Below, piece after piece: positions 9,475 through 19,384 of a stretch of 64,000 bases of DNA; the first letter of the stretch is position 1, and every line of letters starts with the position of its first letter. Source of the DNA: an uncultured Nitrososphaerota archaeon (GTDB lineage: Archaea > Thermoproteota > EX4484-205 > JAAOZP01); assembly GCA_964416155.1 (NCBI GenBank), contig CAYQCW010000001.1, positions 160,001-224,000 of the forward strand, given 5' to 3'. Position numbers and translations under genes: made by a program. A model generated the notes under the pieces. It was given only the letters and a program-made list of their open reading frames with translations, had not been told where the DNA came from and did no database searches.

Positions 9475-11001
9475 TTAACCAGGTTTCTTCGTCAGAAACC
9501 AGTTTAAAATATTTTTAAACATCTCGCGGGACTCGTGATCCATCAGACACAGGGTGGTGAAATAAACAATTATGCCCACTAGGATGACGGGCATCAAGGA
9601 TGTTAATACAATCAATATCTGTTCGCTTTTAGCCGATTCAGGATATAGCACCAGGAGCACGCTTGCCATGACTATTCCTGAGACAAACAGTTTAAACATC
9701 CTCCTGAAATCTAAACTGAAGTAGGCAAGCCGCTTAGAAAGCCGTAAATAATAAAGCATTATGGAGAGGTTAACCAGCAAGAGGCATAAAGCTGCAGACA
9801 TGGAGAATAAAATAAACGGGCTCTCAAAATTTTTCAACATCTCAGCCACAATCGCGGTTACTGTTACATATACAATTGAACCGGAAAGGTCGATGAGGGG
9901 GATTCTTATGAGATATGAGTCAACTAGTTTTTTCCACGAGGCGTTCTCATTAACATCAATCTTTTCAACGCCCAATATGACTGTTGAGAAAAAACTTTTC
10001 ATCACAGCAATCGCAGAACATAAAACCATCACTCTAAGAACATTATGCACAGGCGCGTAGCCCTCTCTTAAAAGATATAGTAGAGGCTCCGCAAGAATCA
10101 ACTGTCCGAGTGTCATGGGTATCAGGAAGAGCAGCACTAGCTCCAGCGACTCCTCAATATCCCTACCTGTTCCGCCGGAAAGTAGTTTGGGATACAGCCC
10201 TATCGCCAGAGACCCTGCGAAAAGTATTACTCCAGCGAAAATGTTTGCAGCCCTGATGTATGCTACTGGAAGCAGAGAACCTGTTAACAGCGTTAAGACG
10301 AGAGCATCTTGAGAATATACTATTCCGGGAGCGATTGACGCAAGAGGTATCCAGCTTATTTTAAACCATCGACCCACTTCATCCGGCAGGAATGAACCCT
10401 TAAGATGCTTCGACAGCCTCAGCGAGTAATATAGTGCCTGAACTATTAAAGCCAAGTCTACTGAAAGAACAGCTCCGAAAAGGGATAGCCTGAAGTATCC
10501 GACTAATGTTGCTCCGATAACTACCTTAGATGCTTCGAAAAAAACAGTTCCATATCCTACTATATGAGGTTCAACCCCATGGCATACTGATTCCAAGCTT
10601 GACGTGTGATGTACCACTATGATCCACATTATGAATGCTAGGATCGTCGGCAGGTCGATGCTTACGCTTGATGTGAAAACCGGAGACAAGACGGTGAAGA
10701 ATGTCGCGGAAACCAGCGAAACCATGCTGTTGAATAGGACTCCTGATTTCGCAACCGGTTTCCCTCTCCCCGTAAATCTCGTAAGCCAGTAGTTTGCGAT
10801 ACTTGAAGGTATTGTGAAATAGCTTAACAGGCTTGCGTAGAACTGCCAGGTTCCGAACAGCTCTTCGGTAAGCCTTCTAGTTACAAGCATTGTAAACAAT
10901 AAGCCTGTTAGGACTGAAATCATCCTTGAGGCGAAGTTTACCAGCCCAGAGTACTTGAGCCTAATGCCGTTCACATCGGTTTCAAAACGTCCCATACGCA
11001 T
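9475..11001 (-). CDS. Polysaccharide flippase (Wzx/MATE-like) membrane protein
   Basis: About 12-14 hydrophobic segments; N-terminal TRRLTEELFGTW pattern typical of Wzx-type exporters. Confidence 0.75.
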   Translation of the reverse strand: MRMGRFETDVNGIRLKYSGLVNFASRMISVLTGLLFTMLVTRRLTEELFGTWQFYASLLSYFTIPSSIANYWLTRFTGRGKPVAKSGVLFNSMVSLVSATFFTVLSPVFTSSVSIDLPTILAFIMWIIVVHHTSSLESVCHGVEPHIVGYGTVFFEASKVVIGATLVGYFRLSLFGAVLSVDLALIVQALYYSLRLSKHLKGSFLPDEVGRWFKISWIPLASIAPGIVYSQDALVLTLLTGSLLPVAYIRAANIFAGVILFAGSLAIGLYPKLLSGGTGRDIEESLELVLLFLIPMTLGQLILAEPLLYLLREGYAPVHNVLRVMVLCSAIAVMKSFFSTVILGVEKIDVNENASWKKLVDSYLIRIPLIDLSGSIVYVTVTAIVAEMLKNFESPFILFSMSAALCLLLVNLSIMLYYLRLSKRLAYFSLDFRRMFKLFVSGIVMASVLLVLYPESAKSEQILIVLTSLMPVILVGIIVYFTTLCLMDHESREMFKNILNWFLTKKPG

Positions 11002-11223
11002 TTAAAAACTATTCTGACACCCTGCTGAAGCCAAGATGCTCATCGTCTCCATGGGCTTATCTCGCCGGATTCAGCGCTTTATAAAACATCCCTCGGCCTA
11101 CTAGTAAGTATTTCTTTCATGCTCATCCTCGTTTTCTGCTATAGATTCCAATAGGTCAAAGCACATGTTAAAAACGCGAGCATTCCTGCATTCTTGATTC
11201 TGAAAACTCGACGCACGCATCAT

Positions 11224-12027
11224 TCAATAGCAGAAAACCAGCTCCAAACCGATTTTCTTAGAAGCTTCAAAGACTTTCTTCTTAACTTCATCATAATAAG
11301 AGGATTCTGAAAAGAATATTTTTCTCCATTCATCGTATAGCTCCGGATATTTTTCCAAAACAACTTTTGAAACCATGCTCCAAACCATTGGCCTCAGGTT
11401 GAGCCTGTCAACATAAACATAGTCCGCCCCCGCCTTTCTAAACCTTGTCAAAAAACCCTCTAAATCGGTTTCTGAAAGAAAAGGAAGTATTGGTCCGAAG
11501 AAAACAAACGTTCTCAAACCGCTCTCTTTGGAAAGTCTTATTGCTTCAAGCCTGTCCTCAGGACGTGAAGAAGCCGGCTCGAAAACCCTTCTGACCTCCT
11601 CGTCCAACGTGACCACCGTAACCCCAACCTCATTAAGCTTGTTCCTCTTCAAAACATCCAGGTCTCTCACGACAAGGTTCGACTTGGTTTGAACAATCAC
11701 GGGAAACCTTTTTTGAACAAGCGTCTCAAGAATTTTCCGTGTCAACTCGTATTTCTTCTCAACCGGTTGATAAGGATCGGTGAGTGAACTCAAATATACT
11801 TTTCCAGTCTTCTTCCTCTCAACCTGCCTTGAAAGGACTTTCAAGGCATTAGTCTTAACGTCGAGAAACTCACCCCACTCTTCCCTACTTCTCCTAAACC
11901 TAAAGGTTATTCCTGCAGCATAGCAGTATCTACATCCATGCTGACAGCCTACGTACGGGTTTACACAGTAGTCTGCAATCGCACTCCTATTCAGCAGTGT
12001 CTTACACTCAACCTCCCTGATTTTCAC
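11224..12027 (-). CDS. Radical SAM protein, spore-photoproduct-lyase-like family
   Basis: NPYVGCQHGCRYCYA, TDPYQPVE, TKSNLVVRD. Confidence 0.88.
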   Translation of the reverse strand: MKIREVECKTLLNRSAIADYCVNPYVGCQHGCRYCYAAGITFRFRRSREEWGEFLDVKTNALKVLSRQVERKKTGKVYLSSLTDPYQPVEKKYELTRKILETLVQKRFPVIVQTKSNLVVRDLDVLKRNKLNEVGVTVVTLDEEVRRVFEPASSRPEDRLEAIRLSKESGLRTFVFFGPILPFLSETDLEGFLTRFRKAGADYVYVDRLNLRPMVWSMVSKVVLEKYPELYDEWRKIFFSESSYYDEVKKKVFEASKKIGLELVFCY

Positions 12028-12086
12028 AGGACAATTCGAAAGGCCGTCTAAATCCTAATAAGCTTTTTATAAAAAATTTCATGGCT

Positions 12087-13154
12087 TTAATAGACAGGTC
12101 TGTTTCCAAGGAAATCAGGGTCGAGAACCCTACCTGCTAGCAGGCTTAACCCCAGAACCCTCGTCAAAGCGAATGAAACAGGGATTCGCCTCATGATGTT
12201 GAAAAGCATCCTCATCTTGAGCCCTTTTCTCAACGCCCCGCCAATGGTTTTTCTCCAGACAGAATCATATGTTTCAGTCAAGAAGCCTTCGTCGAAAAGG
12301 TTTCTTTCAAGGGCGGCTACGCAAGCATCCCCAGCGATTCTGCTGCATATCCTGCTGTAGACAAGACCGCCTAACGAAAAGGGCTTGACTTGACACGCAG
12401 CGTCCCCGACTAGAATAACCCCGCGGGCGGAGGTCCTGCTCATTATTCCGAATCTTATAGAGTCTCCCATAAACCCGTAGCAACTAGACTCCATGTTCAG
12501 CCTCTTTAAGAGCAGCCTGAGCCTCGGCCAAGGATTACCACTGGTTAAAAGCCCCACTCTAGCCTTGCTCCTGCTTAAAGGTACAATCCAGGCGAAAACA
12601 TCCTTAGAAAACTCTGATTCAAACCTCAGCTCAACAACATTCTGTTCAAAAACGCCGTTGGCCACGCATTGAAGCGCGAAGAGAAGGTTATCAGGATGCT
12701 TCAAACCAGCCAGTCTTGCGACGATAGAGTTAGGCCCGTCGGCTCCGACGAGGATTCTTCCAGAGTAGCGACCCCCCTTACTCGTGACCACGCATCCTTC
12801 CTTCAGCCCCACAACCCTCTCTCCCAGCCTAATCTCAACCCCCTCCCCTAAAGCGTTTTCAGCAAGATGCTTATCGTAGCCAGCCCTATCTATCACAAGC
12901 ATGTCTTTTTTAGAGTATATTTCAAAACTCTCCTTCCCGAGGCGGAACCTAGCGGTGTCAACACCGTTTAAAATAAGGTGTGGAGGAAGCCTGCCTATCC
13001 TACAGCTGACTAGCCCTGTGCACTGCTCAGGCCTACCTATCTCACTATGCTCCTCAAGAATTATGGTTTTAAAACCCTTCTTACAGACTAATGAGCCTGT
13101 TGAAAGACCAGAGGGCCCGCCTCCAACTATCAAAGCATCGCAGCGAAGCCTCAT
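12087..13154 (-). CDS. Geranylgeranyl reductase family flavoprotein
   Basis: GGGPSG, GRPEQCTG, GADGPNS, FAWIVP, VGDAACQVKP. Confidence 0.85.
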   Translation of the reverse strand: MRLRCDALIVGGGPSGLSTGSLVCKKGFKTIILEEHSEIGRPEQCTGLVSCRIGRLPPHLILNGVDTARFRLGKESFEIYSKKDMLVIDRAGYDKHLAENALGEGVEIRLGERVVGLKEGCVVTSKGGRYSGRILVGADGPNSIVARLAGLKHPDNLLFALQCVANGVFEQNVVELRFESEFSKDVFAWIVPLSRSKARVGLLTSGNPWPRLRLLLKRLNMESSCYGFMGDSIRFGIMSRTSARGVILVGDAACQVKPFSLGGLVYSRICSRIAGDACVAALERNLFDEGFLTETYDSVWRKTIGGALRKGLKMRMLFNIMRRIPVSFALTRVLGLSLLAGRVLDPDFLGNRPVY

Positions 13155-13163
13155 TAACCCTTC

Positions 13164-13373
13164 TCATTCCTCTGTAACCAGCCCTTTATCCTTAAGTCTT
13201 TTCAAAACCGCGTCGAGCTCCCACAGGTGGCAGGGGATGGACCTCCAGATTTTAGACAAGGGCATACGCTTCCCGCTTTTCAACGTCTCGTATACCTTTT
13301 TCTCAAGCTCTTCAAGATCAGCCTTCTCAAGCAAGTATTCATGTGGTCCAAGGACAACCCATTCTTCAACCAT
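13164..13373 (-). CDS. Small winged-helix-like protein
   Basis: 69 aa; LSKIWR...LDAVLKRLKDKGLVTE helix-wing pattern; ends 9 nt before the GGR start. Confidence 0.6.
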   Translation of the reverse strand: MVEEWVVLGPHEYLLEKADLEELEKKVYETLKSGKRMPLSKIWRSIPCHLWELDAVLKRLKDKGLVTEE

Positions 13374-13440
13374 CCTGAGATTTCAGCTGGGAGGCAGTAT
13401 ATTGGTTTTATGCTCGAGTAATCATAGCCGTATAGAATAG

Positions 13441-13448
13441 CTTAAATA
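13441..13448 (+). promoter_or_regulatory. Archaeal TATA box of argG (leaderless)
   Basis: CTTAAATA preceded by purine-rich sequence, ~25 nt before ATG 13473. Confidence 0.55.
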
Positions 13449-13472
13449 CAGGAGCCGCTTACGAGACCCGAA

Positions 13473-14657
13473 ATGTCGGGAAAAGTTGTTTCCACATACT
13501 CAGGCGGCTTGGACTCCACACTAATAACGATACTGTTGAAAGAGAAGTATGGCTATGATGAAGTGATTCCTGTTCTTGTCGACGTTGGCCAAGGGGAAGA
13601 GGAGATCAGGATCGCGTATGAAAGAGCTGAGAAGCTGGGTTTAAATATACGTTTCATAGATGCTAGGCACGAGTTCGCCACCGAATACATATTCAGATGC
13701 ATCAAGGCTAATGGGAGCTATGGGGGTTATCCGGTTGGAACCTCTATGACTAGGGTTCTGATAGCTTCGAAGGCTGCTGAAATAGCTAAGAAAGAGGGGG
13801 CTGAGGGTGTTGCACATGGTTGCACAGGAAAGGGTAATGACCAGTTCAGGATGGAGGTCGCGGTTAAATACGTGGATCCAAACCTGAAGGTGATAGCACC
13901 AGTTAGAGAGCTGAACCTCTCAAGGTTCGAGGAGGAGGAACTCCTTAGGAAACACGGTATTGAGCCTAAGAAGCCTAAGGGAAAGCTTGGCGGAGACGTA
14001 AACATGTGGTCGCACTCTATTGGGAGTGGTCAGGTTGAAGACCTTTACACGCAGTACCCTGAGGACTATATTTGGGCCGTTCACCCTGAGAAGGCACCAG
14101 ACACACCGCAGAAGATTCAAATAACTTATGAGAAAGGCGTCCCTGTCGAAGTAGACGGGGTAAGAGACCCGGTTGAAATAATATTCTATCTGAACCGGGT
14201 TGGCGGGCAGCACGGCGTCGGGAGAATAGATATAATCGAAGATGGGATGCTGTCTTTAAAATCAAGAGAGCTTTACGAGGCCCCGGCTGCAACAATACTC
14301 TTAAACACCCATGCAAACCTTGAACAGTTAACCCTTACGAAGGAGCAATTGAAAGTTAAGAGGGAGATAGACAAAATTTGGGCTGAAATAGTTTACCACG
14401 GAATGTGGTTCCACCCGTTGAGGAGGGATCTAGATGCCTTCATAGATTCTACGCAAAAATATGTTTCCGGGAGGCTTGATGTAAAGCTTTACAAGGGGAA
14501 CGTGGAGGTTGTTGGAAGAGAGTCTAAACACAGTCTCTTCTCACCAGAGTTAAGATCTATTAAGAAGGCCGGCTTCGACCAGAGAGATGCTACGGGAGCG
14601 GTTAAGCTCTACGCTTTACCATATCAGCTTTATGGTAAGAGGGAGCAGGAGAAGTAG
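13473..14657 (+). CDS. argG: Argininosuccinate synthase
   Basis: YSGGLDS, AHGCTGKGNDQFR, HGVGRID, KSRELYEAPAA. Confidence 0.97.
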   Translation: MSGKVVSTYSGGLDSTLITILLKEKYGYDEVIPVLVDVGQGEEEIRIAYERAEKLGLNIRFIDARHEFATEYIFRCIKANGSYGGYPVGTSMTRVLIASKAAEIAKKEGAEGVAHGCTGKGNDQFRMEVAVKYVDPNLKVIAPVRELNLSRFEEEELLRKHGIEPKKPKGKLGGDVNMWSHSIGSGQVEDLYTQYPEDYIWAVHPEKAPDTPQKIQITYEKGVPVEVDGVRDPVEIIFYLNRVGGQHGVGRIDIIEDGMLSLKSRELYEAPAATILLNTHANLEQLTLTKEQLKVKREIDKIWAEIVYHGMWFHPLRRDLDAFIDSTQKYVSGRLDVKLYKGNVEVVGRESKHSLFSPELRSIKKAGFDQRDATGAVKLYALPYQLYGKREQEK

Positions 14658-14752
14658 GCCGTCTAAACGCTTTTTTCAGTAATAGAGGGCTGACTTATAA
14701 GGATTTATCCCAGGAAATTTTTTTAGGAAGCGTTTGAATGACTTAAGCCAGA

Positions 14753-15952
14753 ATGACTCAGGAAACGGTGGTGATCTACTCTAAACACCGGCTTGCAGTA
14801 TTCATAATGATTAGCTTTATAGCTGTTGGACTGATAGTGTCGTTACTCCTCCTTTATTCAGAGTTAACCCAGCTTAACGATAAGGTTGAAAGCCTAGAGT
14901 TCGCGGTGAAACGGTTAAGCGAGGATGTTAGCAGAATTAAGGATGCTCAGCTAAGCCAAAGCATAGTCTACTTTAACGTAAGCTTCACCGAACTCTATGA
15001 GAAAACCATCAGAGGCGTAGTAATGGTGACGGGCTTAGCCCAGTCTTTTTCAAGCGAGGATGTTGGCCTCGGCTCAGGCTTCGTAGTGAAACATGGTGCA
15101 TCATACTACATTTTAACGAACTACCACGTGGTGAGGGGCGCGAGCAATCTTACAGTAACGTTCTACAACAGGGAAAGCTATCCAGCTCAAGTAGTGGGCA
15201 CCGACCCCTATAGCGACCTAGCCGTGTTGAATTGCACTGCCCCTTTTGAGCTCTACCATCCTCTAAACATTACTTTCAGCAGCAGCCTGAGAGTCGGGGA
15301 CCTGGTGATAGCAATAGGGAACCCGTTTGGACTAACAGGCACCATGACGACAGGCGTTGTCAGCCAGCTTGGCAGAACAATAACAAGCGAGTTCACAGGG
15401 GGCTATGCTATAGCGAACATTATTCAGACAAGCGCGCCGATAAACCCGGGTAACTCTGGGGGACCGTTGCTTAACGCTAAGGGCGAGGTGGTCGGGATGA
15501 ACACCGCTATAATAAGAGACAGTCAGGGCGTGGGCTTCGCAATCCCGTCTAACACGATTTTGAGAGAACTGCCATACTTGGTGACGACAGGTGGCTACGA
15601 TATGCATCCGTGGCTTGGCTTAAGAGGGATTAATGTGAACTACTATATTGCTAGGGCAGTAGGGTTGAACGTTACATACGGCTGGCTTATTCAAGAAGTT
15701 GTTCCCGAAGGCCCATCGTATAAGGCTGGTCTGAAGGGAGGAACCAAGACCATGACTGTTCTAGGAACCGAGATAAAAGTTGGCGGGGACCTGATAATTT
15801 CTATAGATGAGCATCCAGTTAAGAATAGTGATGACATCGCCAAGATACTGCAGGAATACACTTACCCGGGCAAGACGGTTAACCTGACGATTATCAGGGA
15901 GGGCTGGAAGCTGGTTGTACCGGTGACTCTTGGAAAAAGACCCCCGCCTTAG
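14753..15952 (+). CDS. htrA: Membrane-anchored HtrA/DegP serine protease with PDZ domain
   Basis: N-terminal TM and coiled coil; TNYHVV, SDLAV, INPGNSGGPL; C-terminal PDZ. Confidence 0.93.
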   Translation: MTQETVVIYSKHRLAVFIMISFIAVGLIVSLLLLYSELTQLNDKVESLEFAVKRLSEDVSRIKDAQLSQSIVYFNVSFTELYEKTIRGVVMVTGLAQSFSSEDVGLGSGFVVKHGASYYILTNYHVVRGASNLTVTFYNRESYPAQVVGTDPYSDLAVLNCTAPFELYHPLNITFSSSLRVGDLVIAIGNPFGLTGTMTTGVVSQLGRTITSEFTGGYAIANIIQTSAPINPGNSGGPLLNAKGEVVGMNTAIIRDSQGVGFAIPSNTILRELPYLVTTGGYDMHPWLGLRGINVNYYIARAVGLNVTYGWLIQEVVPEGPSYKAGLKGGTKTMTVLGTEIKVGGDLIISIDEHPVKNSDDIAKILQEYTYPGKTVNLTIIREGWKLVVPVTLGKRPPP

Positions 15953-15957
15953 AACAG

Positions 15958-17106
15958 CTACTCTATAGTCTTGCTCCACATTTCCTTAGCAAGCCTACCC
16001 TCATACTTCATCAGGCTAAGCTTCTCCCTCGCGTCTTCACGCCTAGCACCATGCTTCTCAAGAAAACCCCCAACCTTCTCCATCAGTATCTCCTTTATCT
16101 CTCCGCTCAGCATCCTGCCTGAGGAGTACTCTTCCCTGATACTTCTAAGCTTCTCATCGTCCTCCTCGAAGAAGAATTGAAGCCACTGGTATGGCACATC
16201 CACATCCGGGTTTCCGCCAAGCCTCCTGTGCTCCTCAACCGTTGACTGTCCTCCTGAAAACGCTTGAAATATCTTCCTCCGGATGCTCTTCTCATCCTCG
16301 TTAAGATAGATGGCGCTCTCCGGCTGAGAGGCACTCATCTTGCCCGAGGGGCCGGTGAGAGGAGGGAGAAACTTGCAGTGGATAGCTGCAGTCTTATAGT
16401 AGCCGAAGCTCTCGGCAATATCCCTCTGAATCCTCCAATACGGGTCCTGGTCTATCGCAGCAGGTATTAAACACCGTCTCTTCTCGAAGAAAGTCACGCA
16501 TATTTGGAAAGCAGGGTAGAAGATCATCCCTATGTTCGTACTCGCGTCGAAACCGAACACGGCTCTAACCCAGCTGAAATTAACCTTCTTAGCGATCTTC
16601 AAAACCATAGGATACATGTTTCGCACATACTCCATGTCCTGGAATATGAAAGTCCTGTCAGGGTCGAACCCTACTGCAGCAATATCAAGCGCGTTCTCGT
16701 AGGACCATCTCCTAACGTCCTCAATAGTCAGATTCCTGCTTTCCTCTAGGAATTTCTCGTCGTCAGTCAACTCGATGTAAACGTTGCACCTAAACCTGTC
16801 TTGAAGCCATTTAGTGAAGTAGAAGGGAATTATGTGGCCCAGCGTCATGGGCCCGCTTGGACCCCTGCCGGTGTAGAGGAAGAAGCCTTTCCCCGTCTCA
16901 TAGTCGTCTAAAACCCTGTCAAGATCCCTGTGGGAGAAGAAGACACCCCGTCTCAGGAGAAGATGGTCTTCCCCGGCGAGCCTAACAAGCCTTTCTTTAA
17001 GCTGAGGAGTAAGAGTTTCGGTCCCAAAATCTCTCACGAGCTTCTCGTAGTCCACCACGCCTTCCACTGTCCATGGAGTAACCTTGAACTCGGCCTGCTG
17101 CCCCAT
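15958..17106 (-). CDS. trpS: Tryptophan--tRNA ligase (archaeal type)
   Basis: VTPW, YTGRGPS, TDDEKFL, AIDQDPY, KMSAS. Confidence 0.96.
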   Translation of the reverse strand: MGQQAEFKVTPWTVEGVVDYEKLVRDFGTETLTPQLKERLVRLAGEDHLLLRRGVFFSHRDLDRVLDDYETGKGFFLYTGRGPSGPMTLGHIIPFYFTKWLQDRFRCNVYIELTDDEKFLEESRNLTIEDVRRWSYENALDIAAVGFDPDRTFIFQDMEYVRNMYPMVLKIAKKVNFSWVRAVFGFDASTNIGMIFYPAFQICVTFFEKRRCLIPAAIDQDPYWRIQRDIAESFGYYKTAAIHCKFLPPLTGPSGKMSASQPESAIYLNEDEKSIRRKIFQAFSGGQSTVEEHRRLGGNPDVDVPYQWLQFFFEEDDEKLRSIREEYSSGRMLSGEIKEILMEKVGGFLEKHGARREDAREKLSLMKYEGRLAKEMWSKTIE

Positions 17107-17189
17107 TTCGCCGGAGAAACCCCTATGGGACTTTTTAAAGCTTGTAATAAAGGGCTTAAGTAACGTTTTTAACGTTGAGCCGAAACTAA

Positions 17190-17597
17190 TTGACCATGAA
17201 GTATAGGCTCATGGACCTGCTTGCCTGCCCAATAGACAAGGATTTCCCCTTGAAACTAATAGTTTTCCAAGAAGAAGAAAGAAGTATTGAGTTTAAGCAC
17301 GACAGCGTGATATGCGAGCTCTACTGCGGCTTAAACACAGCCCGCGTCAAAGACGCCGGCCTAAGCGCGGGGATATGTAACAAATGCATGAAAAGAGAGA
17401 TACTAAACGGTTTACTAATATGCTCTAAGTGTAACAGATGGTATCCGATCATTGACGAGATCCCCCAACTTCTTCCCGATGAATTAAGAGACTTGAAGGA
17501 AGACCTTTCCTTCCTAAGGAAATATGCTGAGAAGATTCCTAAAAACATACTTGAAGAAGGAAAGCCTTTCAACCTTGCAACATTACGCGAAAGTTAA
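17190..17597 (+). CDS. Trm112-family methyltransferase activator
   Basis: LMDLLACPIDK ... LICSKCNRWYPIIDEIPQLLP. Confidence 0.88.
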   Translation: MTMKYRLMDLLACPIDKDFPLKLIVFQEEERSIEFKHDSVICELYCGLNTARVKDAGLSAGICNKCMKREILNGLLICSKCNRWYPIIDEIPQLLPDELRDLKEDLSFLRKYAEKIPKNILEEGKPFNLATLRES

Positions 17598-17737
17598 CCT
17601 TTTCACGCCGGTTCAGAATGTGCCAAATTAGCACGCTAATTGGTGAACCATATGGCTTTAACAAGAATTTCTACGGCCTCCTTCGTTAGGAGCTTCCGGT
17701 TTAACAAGGCAAGCCTAGTGTACAATGCGCACGCTGG

Positions 17738-18427
17738 CTAAACATTCCTGATCTCACAGACTTCGAAGAAACATTTCATCTCATCATGTATTTTTTCAAG
17801 CTCATCCGCTGGATAAACTTGCTTTTCCAGAAAAATCTTATCAAGGGTTTTAGTCGGCTTAAACTGCTGAATGAAAAATCTTCTCGCACCCTTAAGCCAC
17901 CTAGCTATGGCTAAAATATCCTCTCTCGTAAGAAGCTCGGGGACGACTGTTGTCCTAAACTCGTGCTCCGGGAAAGCCTTAATTATCTCAACGCTTTCAG
18001 CAATCCTACTACCGTCAACCGTAACCCTAACTACGCTCTCGTATTTTTCCAACGGTGCTTTAACATCCATAGCAATATAGTCGACAAGCCTTCCCCCTAT
18101 GAGCCTCCTAAGCGTTTCAGGGCTTGTTCCATTCGTATCCAGCTTAACAGAATATCCTAGATCCTTAACCCTCTTAATGAAGTTTGGAAGATCGTTGTGA
18201 AGCGTTGGCTCCCCGCCGGTTATGCATACCCCGTCCAGGAAACGTTTCCTCACCTCCAAGAAACGAAGCACGTCGCTCTCAGGGATCAACGGTGCTCCAT
18301 CATCTATAACCAGCTCGGGGTTATGGCAATACGGACAGCGAAAGTTGCAGCCGAACGTGAATAATGTGCATGCAACCCTACCCGGATAGTCTATCAGGCT
18401 TAGTTTCTGTATTCCTTTTATTATCAA
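17738..18427 (-). CDS. nrdG: Anaerobic ribonucleotide reductase activating radical SAM enzyme
   Basis: SLIDYPG, GCNFRCPYCHN, TGGEPT, KLDTNG, EFRTTV. Likely start is TTG 18427 rather than 18511. Confidence 0.88.
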   Translation of the reverse strand: MIIKGIQKLSLIDYPGRVACTLFTFGCNFRCPYCHNPELVIDDGAPLIPESDVLRFLEVRKRFLDGVCITGGEPTLHNDLPNFIKRVKDLGYSVKLDTNGTSPETLRRLIGGRLVDYIAMDVKAPLEKYESVVRVTVDGSRIAESVEIIKAFPEHEFRTTVVPELLTREDILAIARWLKGARRFFIQQFKPTKTLDKIFLEKQVYPADELEKIHDEMKCFFEVCEIRNV

Positions 18428-18513
18428 GCTCCGACTACCCGAGTTTTCAAAAACGGGGGATTTAAGGTTTATTTTAAAAATAGGAAAACTATCTGTTCCC
18501 ACATGTTTCAAAA

Positions 18514-19383
18514 TTATTTTTCAGAACTATTATTAAGCGTCTTATTCTCACGGTATAGCGTGGACTTGCACGGATTACCTGTTGAATAATGCTGTTTATC
18601 TCTTAAGTATTTAACAATGCTCTCGAAAATCTTCCTCCCATCTGCTCTTTCAGGAGGGGCCTTACCCCACTCCGGTAGCTGCCATCCGAAGAAAGCCCTT
18701 TCAGGATGCGGCATCATCCCCATGACATTCCCCTTCCTGCTGCAAATCCCGGCGATATCGTATGTTGAGCCATTAGGATTAAACGGGTATAGACCGTTAG
18801 CATCATCCCCGTTTGGAAGAACATATCTGAAGACAATCTGTCTATTCTTCTTAAGCTCTTCCAAATCCTCTTCTGACCGTGTGAGGAACCTTCCTTCAGC
18901 ATGCCCCACCGGTATTCTGAGAACCTCCCCCTTTTTCATCATCACAGTGAAAGGAGTCTCATTGTTTTCAACCCTTAGCCAGACCCATCTGCACTCATAC
19001 CTGGCTGAAGAATTGTCCGCAAGCGCTGCCGACGGGGTTTCGCTGACACCGTCTCCGGGCAGTATCCCGGCTTCAACGAGAACCTGGAAGCCGTTGCAGA
19101 CGCCGAGCACAAGCCTACCCTCATTTATAAATTTCTCAAGCTCCATCCTGAGCTTTGTCAGAACCCTTTTACCCCATACTGCTCCAGCCCTCACGTAGTC
19201 CCCGTATGAGAATCCCCCGGGGAAAACGACTAGATGATAGTCGAAAAGGCTTTTCTTCTCGAGTTGATTCATATGGATTATTTCAGCATTAACACCCACC
19301 TTCTCGAGAGCAATGCTTGTTTCAAGATCGCAATTCGTGCCGCCGGTCCTGAGGACGCAAGCCTTAAACCCGTCAAGGCTCAT
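18514..19383 (-). CDS. purQ: FGAM synthase glutaminase subunit
   Basis: GTNCD, PGGFSYGD, GVCNGFQ, HAEG, MMPHPER. Confidence 0.96.
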   Translation of the reverse strand: MSLDGFKACVLRTGGTNCDLETSIALEKVGVNAEIIHMNQLEKKSLFDYHLVVFPGGFSYGDYVRAGAVWGKRVLTKLRMELEKFINEGRLVLGVCNGFQVLVEAGILPGDGVSETPSAALADNSSARYECRWVWLRVENNETPFTVMMKKGEVLRIPVGHAEGRFLTRSEEDLEELKKNRQIVFRYVLPNGDDANGLYPFNPNGSTYDIAGICSRKGNVMGMMPHPERAFFGWQLPEWGKAPPERADGRKIFESIVKYLRDKQHYSTGNPCKSTLYRENKTLNNSSEK

Positions 19384-19384
19384 T

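Noticed and set aside
17600-17737. Hairpins (GGTTCA/TGAACC; AATTAGC/GCTAATT) between convergent trm112 and nrdG
   Set aside because: No recognisable RNA motif; consistent with a terminator region or a short gene remnant.
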